Positions 38,434 through 49,384 of a DNA stretch of 64,000 nt are shown here, in pieces. A model generated the notes under the pieces. The model had not been told where the DNA came from. It ran no database searches and saw nothing but the letters and a program-made list of their open reading frames with translations. The stretch is taken from IMG/VR virus record IMGVR_UViG_3300028591_005215, positions 96,001 through 160,000 of that record; one strand, written 5' to 3'. This DNA is from a virus (Duplodnaviria > Caudoviricetes). The translations under genes were made by a program, and so were the position numbers. Positions within the stretch are counted from its first letter, which is position 1, and every line of letters starts with the position of its first letter.

Positions 38434-39807
38434 ATGGCTCTTTTTATAGATGAAGCAGTAGATGACAAACTTAGTAAAAAAACTACTGTTATACCAAAAA
38501 ATATACATAATCTTGTTTTAAAGGTTAAAGGTGAATACGGTAATAATACAACACAAGACGGTTACAAAACAGTTAACCGCCTTTTAGACGCTTCTTACAA
38601 TAAAGGGAAGAAAAGAAAAGATGGCATTTCAGCAAAAGATGATAATGAACCTAAGTTAGATAAAAAAGATGGGCTTGTAAAATTTCCAACGTCAGCAGCA
38701 CGTAAAATGGTAATTGATTTGAAAAAAGAAAAGAATTTCATTGACCCACAAGCAAAACAACAGATTATAAATTATTTGGCAACTGATGTCAAATCTAAAG
38801 AAAGTGCTGTAAAAAATAATAATAATGTTCCACAAGTCCCAAAGCTTGCAAAGCCACCAAAGGCTAAACAAGAAAAAACAGCAAGTTCTATTAAAGTTGG
38901 CAACGCTAATGTAAACTTACATGAAACAAAAAGGAAAAAAATTATTATACCTGAATCAAAACTTATCATATTAAAAGAACATAAAGACCAATTAAATATT
39001 CCATTTAATCATGATACGGAAAATTATGATTATAAAGAAAATTGGGAACATTATATAGATTTTCTTGAAGAGTATGGGAAATATGGGCAATTACCACATT
39101 CGCAATGTGACGTAAGTGATGTTCGGGATAAGATTGCAGACATTTTACCAAATGTTTTAGATGAATTAGTTGGAGGTGAGGAAGGAATGTATAATGAATT
39201 AAGGCAAGAAGACTTTATATACGAAATGCTTAACGATGGGTATAGCGAAGAATACGTATCAATGGAAGACTTTGATGATTTTAATCCTGAAGAAATGAGT
39301 GCAGATGAATATCTTAGAGACTTTGATACGAATGACGTGTTTAGTAGCCTAAATAGAACAGGTGAAGAAGCATATGAAGATTATGTATATGAATTTTTTA
39401 AACACAGATTAGGTGAATATGGCTTCCCTTATTCTTTAACATACAACAATAGAGGGTTAATCTATGTTGAAAGAGCTATCAGTGTTAACGGGCTAATGAA
39501 AAGGCAGAAAACTAACCCATTTATTGGTAAATATGATTCAGTAGGCGAATATTGGACTTGGGATAATGGAAATAGTGAACCTTATTGTGGCGGTCAAGGA
39601 ACAACTGTAACACTTAAAGGTTGGGTTGACCCGTCAGAAGTTGATTGGTATCATACATTATACGTAAATATGTATGACTTAAATGAAGAAAAAGAACTTT
39701 ACATACCAAATGCTAACGTAGAAATTGTTTCAGTAACAATTTACGATGGGGCAACTGGTAAAGATAAATCATTTGGCTTGCAAAAACCTATAATTATTAA
39801 AGCATAA
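38434..39807 (+). CDS. Putative head protein with a C-terminal ADP-ribosyltransferase-like domain
   Basis: Internal KKIIIPESKLIILKE; C-terminal YVERAI...GEYWTWD...VDWYHTL...EEKEL fits an R-S/T-E ART layout. Confidence 0.5.
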   Translation: MALFIDEAVDDKLSKKTTVIPKNIHNLVLKVKGEYGNNTTQDGYKTVNRLLDASYNKGKKRKDGISAKDDNEPKLDKKDGLVKFPTSAARKMVIDLKKEKNFIDPQAKQQIINYLATDVKSKESAVKNNNNVPQVPKLAKPPKAKQEKTASSIKVGNANVNLHETKRKKIIIPESKLIILKEHKDQLNIPFNHDTENYDYKENWEHYIDFLEEYGKYGQLPHSQCDVSDVRDKIADILPNVLDELVGGEEGMYNELRQEDFIYEMLNDGYSEEYVSMEDFDDFNPEEMSADEYLRDFDTNDVFSSLNRTGEEAYEDYVYEFFKHRLGEYGFPYSLTYNNRGLIYVERAISVNGLMKRQKTNPFIGKYDSVGEYWTWDNGNSEPYCGGQGTTVTLKGWVDPSEVDWYHTLYVNMYDLNEEKELYIPNANVEIVSVTIYDGATGKDKSFGLQKPIIIKA

Positions 39808-39850
39808 ACTATTTATTATTAAAATAAAATATTTAAAATTTATATAAATT

Positions 39851-40264
39851 ATGTCAACAATTAATGAAAACGGACAGACTTGTCTTGAAACAAGGGGTAT
39901 TACCGAAAGACAAAATGAAATTGTACGTTCAGATTACAATATTGAAGACCAATATAGTGCAACACATAAAGATGCTTTAAGTGATGGTGACGCACTTGGT
40001 AAAGGTACAGGACATGGTGGCCATACGGCTTGGTTACCTGACTGTTCTAAACCAACAAATATGATTGATTATTCTAATTTTGATACAAGTAATGGCGGTG
40101 GCCTTTATGATATTGAGGGCAGAAATGATATTGGTGGCCGTAAAAAAGCTATGGCTTCACAATTGTACAATGAAGAAAATCAATATAGCGCTGGTTTAAT
40201 AAGCACTGCTGAAAATGTGGCAGACGGACAATATTTCATTGGCCAAACAACAAAACATCTATAA
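39851..40264 (+). CDS. Hypothetical virion protein, Gly/Asp-rich
   Basis: Late motif upstream; HKDALSDGDALGKGTG. Confidence 0.7.
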   Translation: MSTINENGQTCLETRGITERQNEIVRSDYNIEDQYSATHKDALSDGDALGKGTGHGGHTAWLPDCSKPTNMIDYSNFDTSNGGGLYDIEGRNDIGGRKKAMASQLYNEENQYSAGLISTAENVADGQYFIGQTTKHL

Positions 40265-40279
40265 TTTAAAGTATAAAGC

Positions 40280-41056
40280 ATGAGTTTGAACCTATACGAC
40301 ATACTTAACAATGTATTAAACGAATCAGTCAATCAAAATAGTGTAATAAATGCGATTGATTCAAAAAATCGTGTCTTTATAGATTATAGTGATGAAGATA
40401 ATAATGCCCCAGGTAGAAGGTTAATAGAACCTTATGCCTTGGGTGTTACTAAAGCAGGAAATTTAGCATTAAGAGCTTTCCAATATCAAGGAGCTACTTT
40501 ACGTGGTGTGCCTAAATGGAAACTATTTAGACTTGATAGAATTAATAAATGGACTCCTCTTAAATCACATTTTAACTTGCCACCTAATGAACAAGGATTT
40601 GATTCGCCTGCTTATAATGAACGTGGGGATAATACGTTAGTAAGTGTGATTAAGCAAGTAAGCTTTGGTAAGAATGATTATTTATACCAACCTTCACTTG
40701 ACAAAGAAAGAAAAAGAACTGACATGGTTAAAAACCATGCAAATGCAATGGACTTAAGTAATTTGGAAGCAATGCCTAAAGGTCCAATTGTGCAAAAGAA
40801 AAACAATATTTTTACTTCAAGGCCTAATAGTAAAAAATATGCCGAATATAGAAAAAATGTTATGAACACACAAAGGGATGCAACAGAAACTGAAAAGTAT
40901 TGGGGTGACTATGATAAGGCAGAACAAGAAAGAATAAATCAGCAGATTCAAAATAAAGAGGATGATGAAATGAATAATTATCGTGGTCCTGTGAAAGATT
41001 TTGATGATGATGAAAATGATTACGAAAATTTTATAAAAAATGGCAGCGGCAGATAA
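40280..41056 (+). CDS. WYL-domain protein
   Basis: IDY...RRLIEPYALG...LRAFQ...WKLFRLDRI; N-terminal ILNNVLNES. Confidence 0.8.
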   Translation: MSLNLYDILNNVLNESVNQNSVINAIDSKNRVFIDYSDEDNNAPGRRLIEPYALGVTKAGNLALRAFQYQGATLRGVPKWKLFRLDRINKWTPLKSHFNLPPNEQGFDSPAYNERGDNTLVSVIKQVSFGKNDYLYQPSLDKERKRTDMVKNHANAMDLSNLEAMPKGPIVQKKNNIFTSRPNSKKYAEYRKNVMNTQRDATETEKYWGDYDKAEQERINQQIQNKEDDEMNNYRGPVKDFDDDENDYENFIKNGSGR

Positions 41057-41822
41057 TATTACAACATTAGATAATTCGGCATTTGCAAGAATAAAACAAA
41101 ATGCAAGAAATAGTAAAGCAAGAAAACTAATACACGAAGATGCTAAAAATGATGCTCATATAATTGCTGAAAGACAAAAAGAAAGAAGCAATTTTCTTAA
41201 ATCTTCAAATTCGCTTGCTAACGATGCTTTTGATTCTATGGAAGACAGTTATGCCACTTCAACTAATAAAATGCAGCAGGGGCAAATTAACGAAGAAATA
41301 GGGGCAGCTGGATTACAGTATGACCAAATGCTTCAACAAAGAATGGCCAAATTACAGCAAAGTATGAATAATCAAGTTCAGAATACAATGAACAGTGGCC
41401 TTGGGCTTATACAGCAAAATAGAATTGTTGAAGATGCACCTAAAGCAAGTAATTTTCTTCCGAAAGAAATTCTTGAACAGTTTAAAAGTAATCCTATTGA
41501 CACTGAAGTATTAAGTCCAAATAAACCTGTTCTTGATACAATTGGTGCTACAAATGGCTATGTGAATGAACGCCAAATGACTCAAGAGACAACTACCAAT
41601 AATGGAATTGACTATAATATGATACAAAATATAGTTGAAACGGCAGTAAAAAAATATGCAAAGGCTTTGAATAAATCTTTACTAAATGAAAATAAAACTT
41701 CAAATGGTAGCAATAATTTAAAAGCAATGAAAATTGGCAATAAATTTAGTTTTATTTCGGAAAATGGTGACGTTTATGAAGCTGTTTTAAAATTTAAGGG
41801 TAATATTAATAGTAAAAAATAG
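41040..41822 (+). CDS. Hypothetical protein, probably internal head
   Basis: Low complexity with several hydrophobic-X-E sites; IQNIVETAVKKY...LLNE. Confidence 0.7.
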   Translation: MAAADNITTLDNSAFARIKQNARNSKARKLIHEDAKNDAHIIAERQKERSNFLKSSNSLANDAFDSMEDSYATSTNKMQQGQINEEIGAAGLQYDQMLQQRMAKLQQSMNNQVQNTMNSGLGLIQQNRIVEDAPKASNFLPKEILEQFKSNPIDTEVLSPNKPVLDTIGATNGYVNERQMTQETTTNNGIDYNMIQNIVETAVKKYAKALNKSLLNENKTSNGSNNLKAMKIGNKFSFISENGDVYEAVLKFKGNINSKK

Positions 41823-41887
41823 AAATTGCGTTGCATGTTATAAATTAAGATAAATTTAATTATAAATAAGGAAATTAAATGACTAAT

Positions 41888-41922
41888 AAAGGGTGAATTT
41901 CTGTGATGAAGTTCGCCCTTTT
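41888..41922 (+). terminator. Intrinsic terminator
   Basis: AAAGGGTGAATTTC...GAAGTTCGCCCTTTT. Confidence 0.75.
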
Positions 41923-41972
41923 ATCGTTTTATTTACTATTTATTAACAAATAAGCTAAATAAAATAATTAAA

Positions 41973-44015
41973 ATGAAAGGACTTTACTTTTACAAGTTAA
42001 TGTCTCCATATCCAGAAGATGTAACGAAGAATTGTAGATTGACAGTTAATGAAATCGACAGTAACTTCTTAAATCTAAAAGATGAGGATATCCAAAGCGC
42101 TGAATTCGATTGTGAAGCAAATGTCATTACCCTCACAAGAAACAACGGCGAGAAGCTGCAAGCCGATTTGTCTTGTGCTATGTCAGGGGTGACAAAGAAT
42201 TTTGATGTAACTTTCGAAGAAGAAGGCGATTGCACTGGAACAGGTGTACTGAAATTCAGCTGGGATGAAGACGGAAATACCTATGAATCTAAAATTGAAG
42301 GTATTGTAACAAAAGATAACGTTGGCAACTATGTTATGACCGAAGCTATAACTGATGGAACTATCATAGGTAACGGCAGAGATGGTAGTCCATTAGGTTT
42401 AAATCCTGTTGAACAAACTGGACATTATAAACCAGTGATAGATTTATTCGATGTAACTGAAGGTGGTGAATTACCTGAAAAAGATAAAGTTAATATTGGT
42501 GATAGATATTTAACATTAGAAAAAGTTGATGATTACGGCTATCTTTATAATAGAAAAGGTGTTGATGAAATAATTGAAAAATTAAATAATGGATGGCGAG
42601 TTCCTACTAAAGAAGATTGGGATAATCTTTTAAATGCTATTGAACCTTGCGCTTATAGAAATCACAATTCAAGTGATTGCCATATAGAATTGGGTAAATT
42701 GGCTGGTAAAGAATTAAAAACAAAGGAAGAATGGCCTTTTGATAATGCTACAAGTGCTATTACTGATGACACAGCATATTTGTTTGATGAAATAGTTCCT
42801 GCTAATAAGCCTATTAATTCTAAAGGCACTAATAAATATAATTTCTCAGTTTTACCAAGCGGTTATGCTTACGAAAAAAATGATGAAATTAAAAAGTTTG
42901 GTGAAGTAGCAAAATATTGGACTAATTCACAGACAATGCCAACTGCACAAAGTGATTATTATACAAAGGCATTTATGTATAATTTATCTGGTGTATGGCA
43001 AGAAGCTGATTGCCCTTATAATTTTTATTCGGTAAGACTTATTAAGGATTATACAGGTAGTAATGCAAGAGAAACTGCTTACATAGGAGGTAGGCATTAT
43101 GAAGAAATATTAATGCCTGCATTGAATTCTGAACACGGTTTTGCATTGTGGACAAAAACAAATGTTGACATAGAAGTATCAGAAGACAATATGATTAAGT
43201 ATTCTGATGCATATCAAACAAAGTCGCATAAAGTTTATGTTATAAATGAATGGACTGGTAAAGAATGGGAAAGAAAAATTTTACCAGAAGGCGGAGTTGT
43301 AGTAATTAATAAACAGCAAGATTGTGACCATGAAATTGATACTGAATATCGCTTAGTTGATGGAAAATTAGTTGCCACTGATGATATTGTATATATGCGA
43401 GCTCTTTTAAAGCTTACCCCATTGATTAACGAGTTAATTGGCAATGTTGATGGTGAAAAAGAAGAACGTGAAGAATCTGATAGGGTATTAAGTGGCGCTA
43501 TTACAACCGAAATCGAACGTGCTAAAGCGGAAGAAGCAAGGATTGAAGAAGAGTTACAGGACGCTATTTTAGATGAATCAATTAAACGTGAAGAAGAGGA
43601 TGAAAAGATTGAAAGCAAAATAACTGCTGAAAGCAATACAAGGAAAGAAGCAGATGACGCTTTGGGTGAATCTTTAAATGTTGAAATTGAACGTGCTAAA
43701 GCAGAAGAAGTAAGGCTTAACGAACTTATTGAAGTGCTAAGTGGTTCAATTGAAACTGAGTCAGAAAGTGCTTCTACTATTGAAGCAGCGTTAAGTGGAG
43801 CTATTACAACCGAAATCGAACGTGCTAAAGCGGAAGAAGCAAGGATTGAGGGGTTAGTACCTGTAGGCGCTGAATATGAAATTAAGGCTAATTTGGATGG
43901 ATTTGAAGACATCAAAGAAAACAGAACAGCCAGTAAAATAGAAATACCTTCATTTAGTGGTACTAACAATACTGTTATTGTTATTGACTATGATTTTGGT
44001 GAAATTACAAAATAA
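41973..44015 (+). CDS. Fibre protein with a Fibrobacter succinogenes major paralogous (FISUMP) domain and coiled-coil repeats
   Basis: LTVNEIDSNF N-terminus; YGYLYN...GWRVPTKEDWDNL...GTNKYNFSVLPSG...YWT...SVRLIKD; EIERAKAEE repeats. Confidence 0.75.
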   Translation: MKGLYFYKLMSPYPEDVTKNCRLTVNEIDSNFLNLKDEDIQSAEFDCEANVITLTRNNGEKLQADLSCAMSGVTKNFDVTFEEEGDCTGTGVLKFSWDEDGNTYESKIEGIVTKDNVGNYVMTEAITDGTIIGNGRDGSPLGLNPVEQTGHYKPVIDLFDVTEGGELPEKDKVNIGDRYLTLEKVDDYGYLYNRKGVDEIIEKLNNGWRVPTKEDWDNLLNAIEPCAYRNHNSSDCHIELGKLAGKELKTKEEWPFDNATSAITDDTAYLFDEIVPANKPINSKGTNKYNFSVLPSGYAYEKNDEIKKFGEVAKYWTNSQTMPTAQSDYYTKAFMYNLSGVWQEADCPYNFYSVRLIKDYTGSNARETAYIGGRHYEEILMPALNSEHGFALWTKTNVDIEVSEDNMIKYSDAYQTKSHKVYVINEWTGKEWERKILPEGGVVVINKQQDCDHEIDTEYRLVDGKLVATDDIVYMRALLKLTPLINELIGNVDGEKEEREESDRVLSGAITTEIERAKAEEARIEEELQDAILDESIKREEEDEKIESKITAESNTRKEADDALGESLNVEIERAKAEEVRLNELIEVLSGSIETESESASTIEAALSGAITTEIERAKAEEARIEGLVPVGAEYEIKANLDGFEDIKENRTASKIEIPSFSGTNNTVIVIDYDFGEITK

Positions 44016-44036
44016 TAAAAATATCATATTATAAAG

Positions 44037-47000
44037 ATGAGTAATAGATTAAGGTTTGTACATAGGACTGATATATTTCCTACAAGAAAGGAAGCAGTAG
44101 ATTTCTTGACAAATAACTATTATAAGCAAGTGACACGTCCTTCACTTTTCGCAGAGCCTGTAGTTCTGCGTTATGGTGATGAAGAAAGTCCTAGTATAAT
44201 TCTTGCCATTGGCTCTAAAGGAACTGGTGGCACAAACCCTACTAAGGAATCAGAATATTTCTTGATTGACGTACAGGGTTTAAAAGATGATGCAGAAGCA
44301 AAATATGCTGAAATAGAAAATTCTTTGGCTAAGTTAGCATTTGCTGTCGAAAATACAAACACATTGTCTTTAAATTATGAAGATGGTGTTGTTAAAGGGG
44401 ATGTGAATATTCCTGAAGAAGTTGTTGTTTTGAAAGAAAACATTTCAAATATCATTAAGACAAATAAAGATGGACTTTATTCTTATGTTAATCTTGAATT
44501 TGAAAGTAAAACAAACACATTTAAATTTCAGGTAAATGATGTTGTAAAAACATTTGACATTCCGACAGTTGTTGATGGTAAATACGACCCAAACAAAGAA
44601 TCAATTACACTTATTTATTCAGACGGTCGCTCAAAAGATATTGATGTGGATGGTCTTATTGATGAGTGGGATGTAGAAGGAGAAATGTCAGAGACACCTG
44701 TTGTTTTGACTAAGGTTAAACATACTGATAAAGAAGATGGCGTAATTGACAGGGCAAGCGAAACAAAGGACATTTTAAAAGCTGATGTTAGAATTGCTGA
44801 TACTGTTGATATGCCACATAACATTCTACAGAAAACTGCTGATGGCAAGAAATTATTTGTAAAGGGTACTGCTGATAACATTTACTATAAAGATGGTAAA
44901 AATGTTAAGGAAGTAATTGAAAATATTAAAACTGATGTTTCTGATTACAAAGAAAACGTTATTTATCGTGATTATGCAAGTAATGGTGATTATAAAGGTA
45001 TTGCTTCAGTGGTTAAACTTGACTATGATAAAGAAACTAATATACTTAAATTTTCAAGTTCAGATACAAACGGTATAATCAATAGTAAAGAGTATAAACT
45101 AAATAGTGCTTCATTTATTGATGATATTACATATGACACTGCTAACCAAACAATTACTATTCGTTATAAGGATAGTGAAGGAAAAACTCAAAAAGCAACA
45201 ATTGACATGTCAACATTGTTGGATGATTGGGTAACAAACAGTGATGCACATAATGTTGAACTTGTTAAGCAAACAAGTCAGGGTAAAAAAGATGTTTTAT
45301 CCGCTGACGTTAAATTAGCTGAAAAGACAACTGTAAACCATCAAATTTTAGAAGAAGTTGACCATACTTTGGTTGTTAAAGGTTCTTCTGACAACATTTA
45401 TCATGAAAAAGATGGAAATGTTAAGGCAGCACTTGATAGAATAGATTCCGCTATTGAAAAAGCTAATGCTGACAGAATTGATTCTGATGAAGTAATCAAT
45501 AATGAGATTGGCAAAATCAATAGAACAATTGGTGATGCTTTTGAAGATAATAATCATGCAAATATCACGGCTAAGTTCAATGAATTGAATGAAAAGGCTG
45601 ATACCGAAATTGCGGAAAGAAGAGAATCTGATGAAGTGTTTAGCGGTGCTATCGCAAGTGAAATTACAAGGGCTACAAGTGCTGAAACAGCTTTACAAAC
45701 TGCAATTAGCAATGAAATTACAAGGGCTACTACTGAAGAAGAGAGAATTGAAGGAAAATTTGATGGGGCAACTAATGTTTTAGCTGATACAATAGGTAGT
45801 GGTTTTACAAGTGACCCTCATGAAAATATTAGCAATTGGAAAGGTGAAGTTGAAAAAACATTTGAAAATCTTATCAATAAGGATGATACTTTAACAAACA
45901 CGATAAATTCTGAAGTTGAACGTGCTCAATCTGCTGAACAGTTGAATGCTGATGCGATTACCGAAGAAGTTGGACGTGCTACAAGTGCTGAAACAGCTTT
46001 GCAAACTGCAATTGAATCTGAAGTTGCAAGGGCTACAGAAACTGAAGCTAAAAACTTAACAGATACAACTAACTATATTAATTCAAATGTCAAAACACTT
46101 TCTGATACAATCGGTACAGGCTTTACAGCTTACCCTAATGAAAATATCACTGCAAAATTTGAATTATTAGATAGTAATATCAGTAATGAAGTAACACGTG
46201 CTACAAGTGCTGAAACATCTTTACAGAATGCAATTACTGCTGAAAGCACACGTTCCACAAGTGCTGAAACAGCTTTACAAGCTGCAATTGATAAACTTAA
46301 TGAAGATACATACATTAGGGTAGGTGAAACTGCTACTATTGCCTTAAATAAAGAAGATAAGGACAGTTTCCACACAATTACAGGTAGAGTTAAGAGAAGC
46401 GTTGCTGAAGGCAATAATATTATCGAAAAAGAAGATGGTATTTATTCAAATGTTAAATTAACATATACTGAAGCTGACAATACTTTGCACTTTTCAGTAA
46501 ACGGTGGCGAGGCAACAAACATCCCACTTGTATCGCATTCTTTGATTGATAGTATTTACTATAATCCATCAAAAGAAGCTATCATTATTGAATATACTGT
46601 AAATGGTGTTAAACAGGAGAATATTGAAGTTCCTGTTAAAGACTTAATTGATGAAATTACAGTCTCAGACGATAAGAGCGGAGCTATTGAGTTAGCAAAA
46701 ACACATAATCATTCTGGTGCTACTATTGGGCCTGATGTCATTTCAGCAAAGGTAATTATTAGTGCACTTGGCGACAACATTGTTGTGAATAGCAATGGCG
46801 GACTTTATGTAAGCGGTGATAGTGTGAGAACAAGTGCATCAACGATTTCAACTAAAATAGCAAACGATAAACGTGATGAAGCTATCAGTTCTGCAAAAAC
46901 ATATACTGATAGGGAAATTGGTGCATTAAGCGCTGATACAGCATCAAAAATAAACGTTGAAAAAGAACGTGCATTAGGTGCTGAACAGTTAAATACCAAT

Positions 47001-49364
47001 GCAATAACTAATGAAGTTGGACGTGCTAAAGATTCTGAAGCATCTTTGCAAACTGCAATTGATTCTGAAAAGGAACGTGCATTAGTTGCTGAACAGTTAA
47101 ATGCTAATGCAATAGCTAATGAAGAAACACGTGCCAAAGGTGCTGAAACAGCATTAAGTGGTGCTATTGCAACTGAAGTTACAAGGGCTACAAGTGCTGA
47201 AACGAAATTGCAAACTGCAATTGAGTCTGAAGCAAATAATAGGGGTGCTGCTATCAGTAATGAAGTAACACGTGCTACAAATGCTGAAGCAACTTTACAG
47301 ACAGCAATTAACAATGAAATTGAACGTGCAAGTGAAGCGGAAGAAGCTTTAAGCAGCAGTATTACTAAAGAAGAAACTGATAGAAAAGCAGAAGATGGTG
47401 AATTAGCTGCTGCCATCACTAAAGAAGAAACTGATAGAAAAGAAGCAATTACTGCTGAAGTTGAACGTGCTCAATCTGCTGAACAGTTGAATACTAATGC
47501 AATTACCGCAGAAGTTGGACGTGCTACAAGTGCTGAAACAGCTTTACGAACCGCAATTAGCAATGAAAGTGCACGTGCTGCAAATGCTGAAACAGCATTA
47601 AGTGGTGTTATTACAACTGAAGTTACAAGAGCTAAAGGTGCTGAAATGGCTAATACTAATGCAATTACCGCAGAAGTTGGGCGTGCTAAAGATTCTGAAG
47701 CATCTTTGCAAACTGCAATTAGCAATGAAAGTGCACGTGCTACAAGTGCTGAAACAGCTTTACGAACTGCGATTGATAATGAAGTTACAAGGGCTAAAGG
47801 TGCTGAAATGACTAATACTAATGCAATTACCGCAGAAGTTGGACGTGCTACAAGTGCTGAAACAGCTTTACGAACCGCAATTGATACCGAAACAAATTAT
47901 CGCACAACTGCTTATAATACTCTTATTGATAAAATTAGTACTGAAACACAGACTCGTAAAAACGAAGATGATAAACTTTTAAGTGGTATTACTGATGTTA
48001 GAAATTCTTTGAATTCAGAAGTAACAAATCGTCAAAATGCAGATGCAGCACTTGATAGCAAGATTTCTGCTGAAACAGCAAATAGAACTGCTGCTATACA
48101 ATCTATTAATGATAGAATTGAAAGTAAGGTTACTGAAGTTAAAAATTATGCTGATGAGGTTGGTGCTAATACTTTAGAAGATGCAAAAGCAGATTCTACA
48201 ATCAAGGATAAAGATAATTTAACTACAGCTAAAGCATATACTGACAGAAAAGTATTGGAATCTAAAACAGAAACATTAGCAAGTGCTAGTGCTACAGCAG
48301 ACAATAAAGATGCGGCTATTTTAGCTACAGCTAAAGATTATACTAACGTACAGATTGCTAATGCTTCATTATCAGGTGGTTCAACTACAACTACTGATGC
48401 AACGGTTAATGGAAAAATCATTAGTGTCAATGTTAAAACAGGTGGTATTATTAAAGCTGATGCTAATAATGGCGGTGTTTATGCAAGCAATTCAAAATTG
48501 GAATATGATAACACTACTAATAAGATAGCATTTACTGATAACTTAGGAGTACAAAGCACATTTACGCTTAATGGTGTTTCATTTATTGAAAGTGCAAATT
48601 ATGATGAAAGTACGCATATATTGACTATTACATATGAAGACCAATCAGGTACTGCTCATAATATTACTGTTGATTTGGCTAAGCTGATAGTAGATACTCA
48701 AGCAAGTAATGTTGGTAATACAGTTGCAGTTACTGTAAGTGACATTACAGATGATAAAGGCATTTCAATAAGAAATATTTCTGCTAATTTGAATATTGCT
48801 ACAAATGTACCTAATAATATTTTGAAAGTAGATAATACAACGGAAAATCATTCAGTTTATGTTGATGGTAGTGGTATTGTAACGAATGCTAATAATATCC
48901 AAACATTATCTGGAAAGGTAGGAACTAATGAAGCCAAGTTGAATACCCTTGCAAGAATAACCGTAAGCAATGAAGACCCAAGTTTGTCTTACGCCAATAC
49001 AAACTACATTTCAGGACAAACAACAATGAAAGATGCTGATGTGGCATTGGACATGCAAATTAAAACTAATACTGATTCAATAGCTACATTGGATAATTCT
49101 TTGAATCATGCTAAGTTTAGCACAAATGGTACAGTAGGAAAACTTGATACATATGGTGAAATTAAAGATAGTAATATGTCGCTACGGGAAGCAATTATAG
49201 AATTAGCCAAACAGTTAGCCAACCTTGCTAGTGAGACTTTATTTAACGATGCTGATGGTGCTTCTGGTGTTGAGCTTGGCGTTCCAACGAGAAAGGGTAG
49301 AACTATCAAAGTTACTAATATGGACTATGGTTCAGATGATGAAGATAATTTGGAAACTAATTAA
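44037..49364 (+). CDS. Very long fibre protein (1775 aa) with 18-aa ExxRAxxAE coiled-coil repeats
   Basis: Repeats such as AITAEVGRATSAETALRT; recurring globular module ending LIDEW/LLDDW/LIDEI; N-terminal domain shared with 9194 and 10773. Confidence 0.8.
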   Translation: MSNRLRFVHRTDIFPTRKEAVDFLTNNYYKQVTRPSLFAEPVVLRYGDEESPSIILAIGSKGTGGTNPTKESEYFLIDVQGLKDDAEAKYAEIENSLAKLAFAVENTNTLSLNYEDGVVKGDVNIPEEVVVLKENISNIIKTNKDGLYSYVNLEFESKTNTFKFQVNDVVKTFDIPTVVDGKYDPNKESITLIYSDGRSKDIDVDGLIDEWDVEGEMSETPVVLTKVKHTDKEDGVIDRASETKDILKADVRIADTVDMPHNILQKTADGKKLFVKGTADNIYYKDGKNVKEVIENIKTDVSDYKENVIYRDYASNGDYKGIASVVKLDYDKETNILKFSSSDTNGIINSKEYKLNSASFIDDITYDTANQTITIRYKDSEGKTQKATIDMSTLLDDWVTNSDAHNVELVKQTSQGKKDVLSADVKLAEKTTVNHQILEEVDHTLVVKGSSDNIYHEKDGNVKAALDRIDSAIEKANADRIDSDEVINNEIGKINRTIGDAFEDNNHANITAKFNELNEKADTEIAERRESDEVFSGAIASEITRATSAETALQTAISNEITRATTEEERIEGKFDGATNVLADTIGSGFTSDPHENISNWKGEVEKTFENLINKDDTLTNTINSEVERAQSAEQLNADAITEEVGRATSAETALQTAIESEVARATETEAKNLTDTTNYINSNVKTLSDTIGTGFTAYPNENITAKFELLDSNISNEVTRATSAETSLQNAITAESTRSTSAETALQAAIDKLNEDTYIRVGETATIALNKEDKDSFHTITGRVKRSVAEGNNIIEKEDGIYSNVKLTYTEADNTLHFSVNGGEATNIPLVSHSLIDSIYYNPSKEAIIIEYTVNGVKQENIEVPVKDLIDEITVSDDKSGAIELAKTHNHSGATIGPDVISAKVIISALGDNIVVNSNGGLYVSGDSVRTSASTISTKIANDKRDEAISSAKTYTDREIGALSADTASKINVEKERALGAEQLNTNAITNEVGRAKDSEASLQTAIDSEKERALVAEQLNANAIANEETRAKGAETALSGAIATEVTRATSAETKLQTAIESEANNRGAAISNEVTRATNAEATLQTAINNEIERASEAEEALSSSITKEETDRKAEDGELAAAITKEETDRKEAITAEVERAQSAEQLNTNAITAEVGRATSAETALRTAISNESARAANAETALSGVITTEVTRAKGAEMANTNAITAEVGRAKDSEASLQTAISNESARATSAETALRTAIDNEVTRAKGAEMTNTNAITAEVGRATSAETALRTAIDTETNYRTTAYNTLIDKISTETQTRKNEDDKLLSGITDVRNSLNSEVTNRQNADAALDSKISAETANRTAAIQSINDRIESKVTEVKNYADEVGANTLEDAKADSTIKDKDNLTTAKAYTDRKVLESKTETLASASATADNKDAAILATAKDYTNVQIANASLSGGSTTTTDATVNGKIISVNVKTGGIIKADANNGGVYASNSKLEYDNTTNKIAFTDNLGVQSTFTLNGVSFIESANYDESTHILTITYEDQSGTAHNITVDLAKLIVDTQASNVGNTVAVTVSDITDDKGISIRNISANLNIATNVPNNILKVDNTTENHSVYVDGSGIVTNANNIQTLSGKVGTNEAKLNTLARITVSNEDPSLSYANTNYISGQTTMKDADVALDMQIKTNTDSIATLDNSLNHAKFSTNGTVGKLDTYGEIKDSNMSLREAIIELAKQLANLASETLFNDADGASGVELGVPTRKGRTIKVTNMDYGSDDEDNLETN
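46950..47890 (+). repeat. 54-bp-period coding repeat region
   Basis: CGTGCTACAAGTGCTGAAACAGCTTTACGAA and AATGCAATTACCGCAGAAGTTGG recur. Confidence 0.8.
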
Positions 49365-49384
49365 TTTTGTAAAGAACTTTTAAG

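Noticed and set aside
41973-44015. Diversity-generating retroelement target (lectin-like FISUMP domain)
   Set aside because: No reverse transcriptase and no template/variable repeat pair differing at adenines was seen in the window.
43235-47811. Long antisense or alternate-frame ORFs (43235..43969, 46805..47419; also 841..1101, 11210..11605, 16373..16885)
   Set aside because: Shadows of codon-biased repetitive genes, with no motifs or expression signals.
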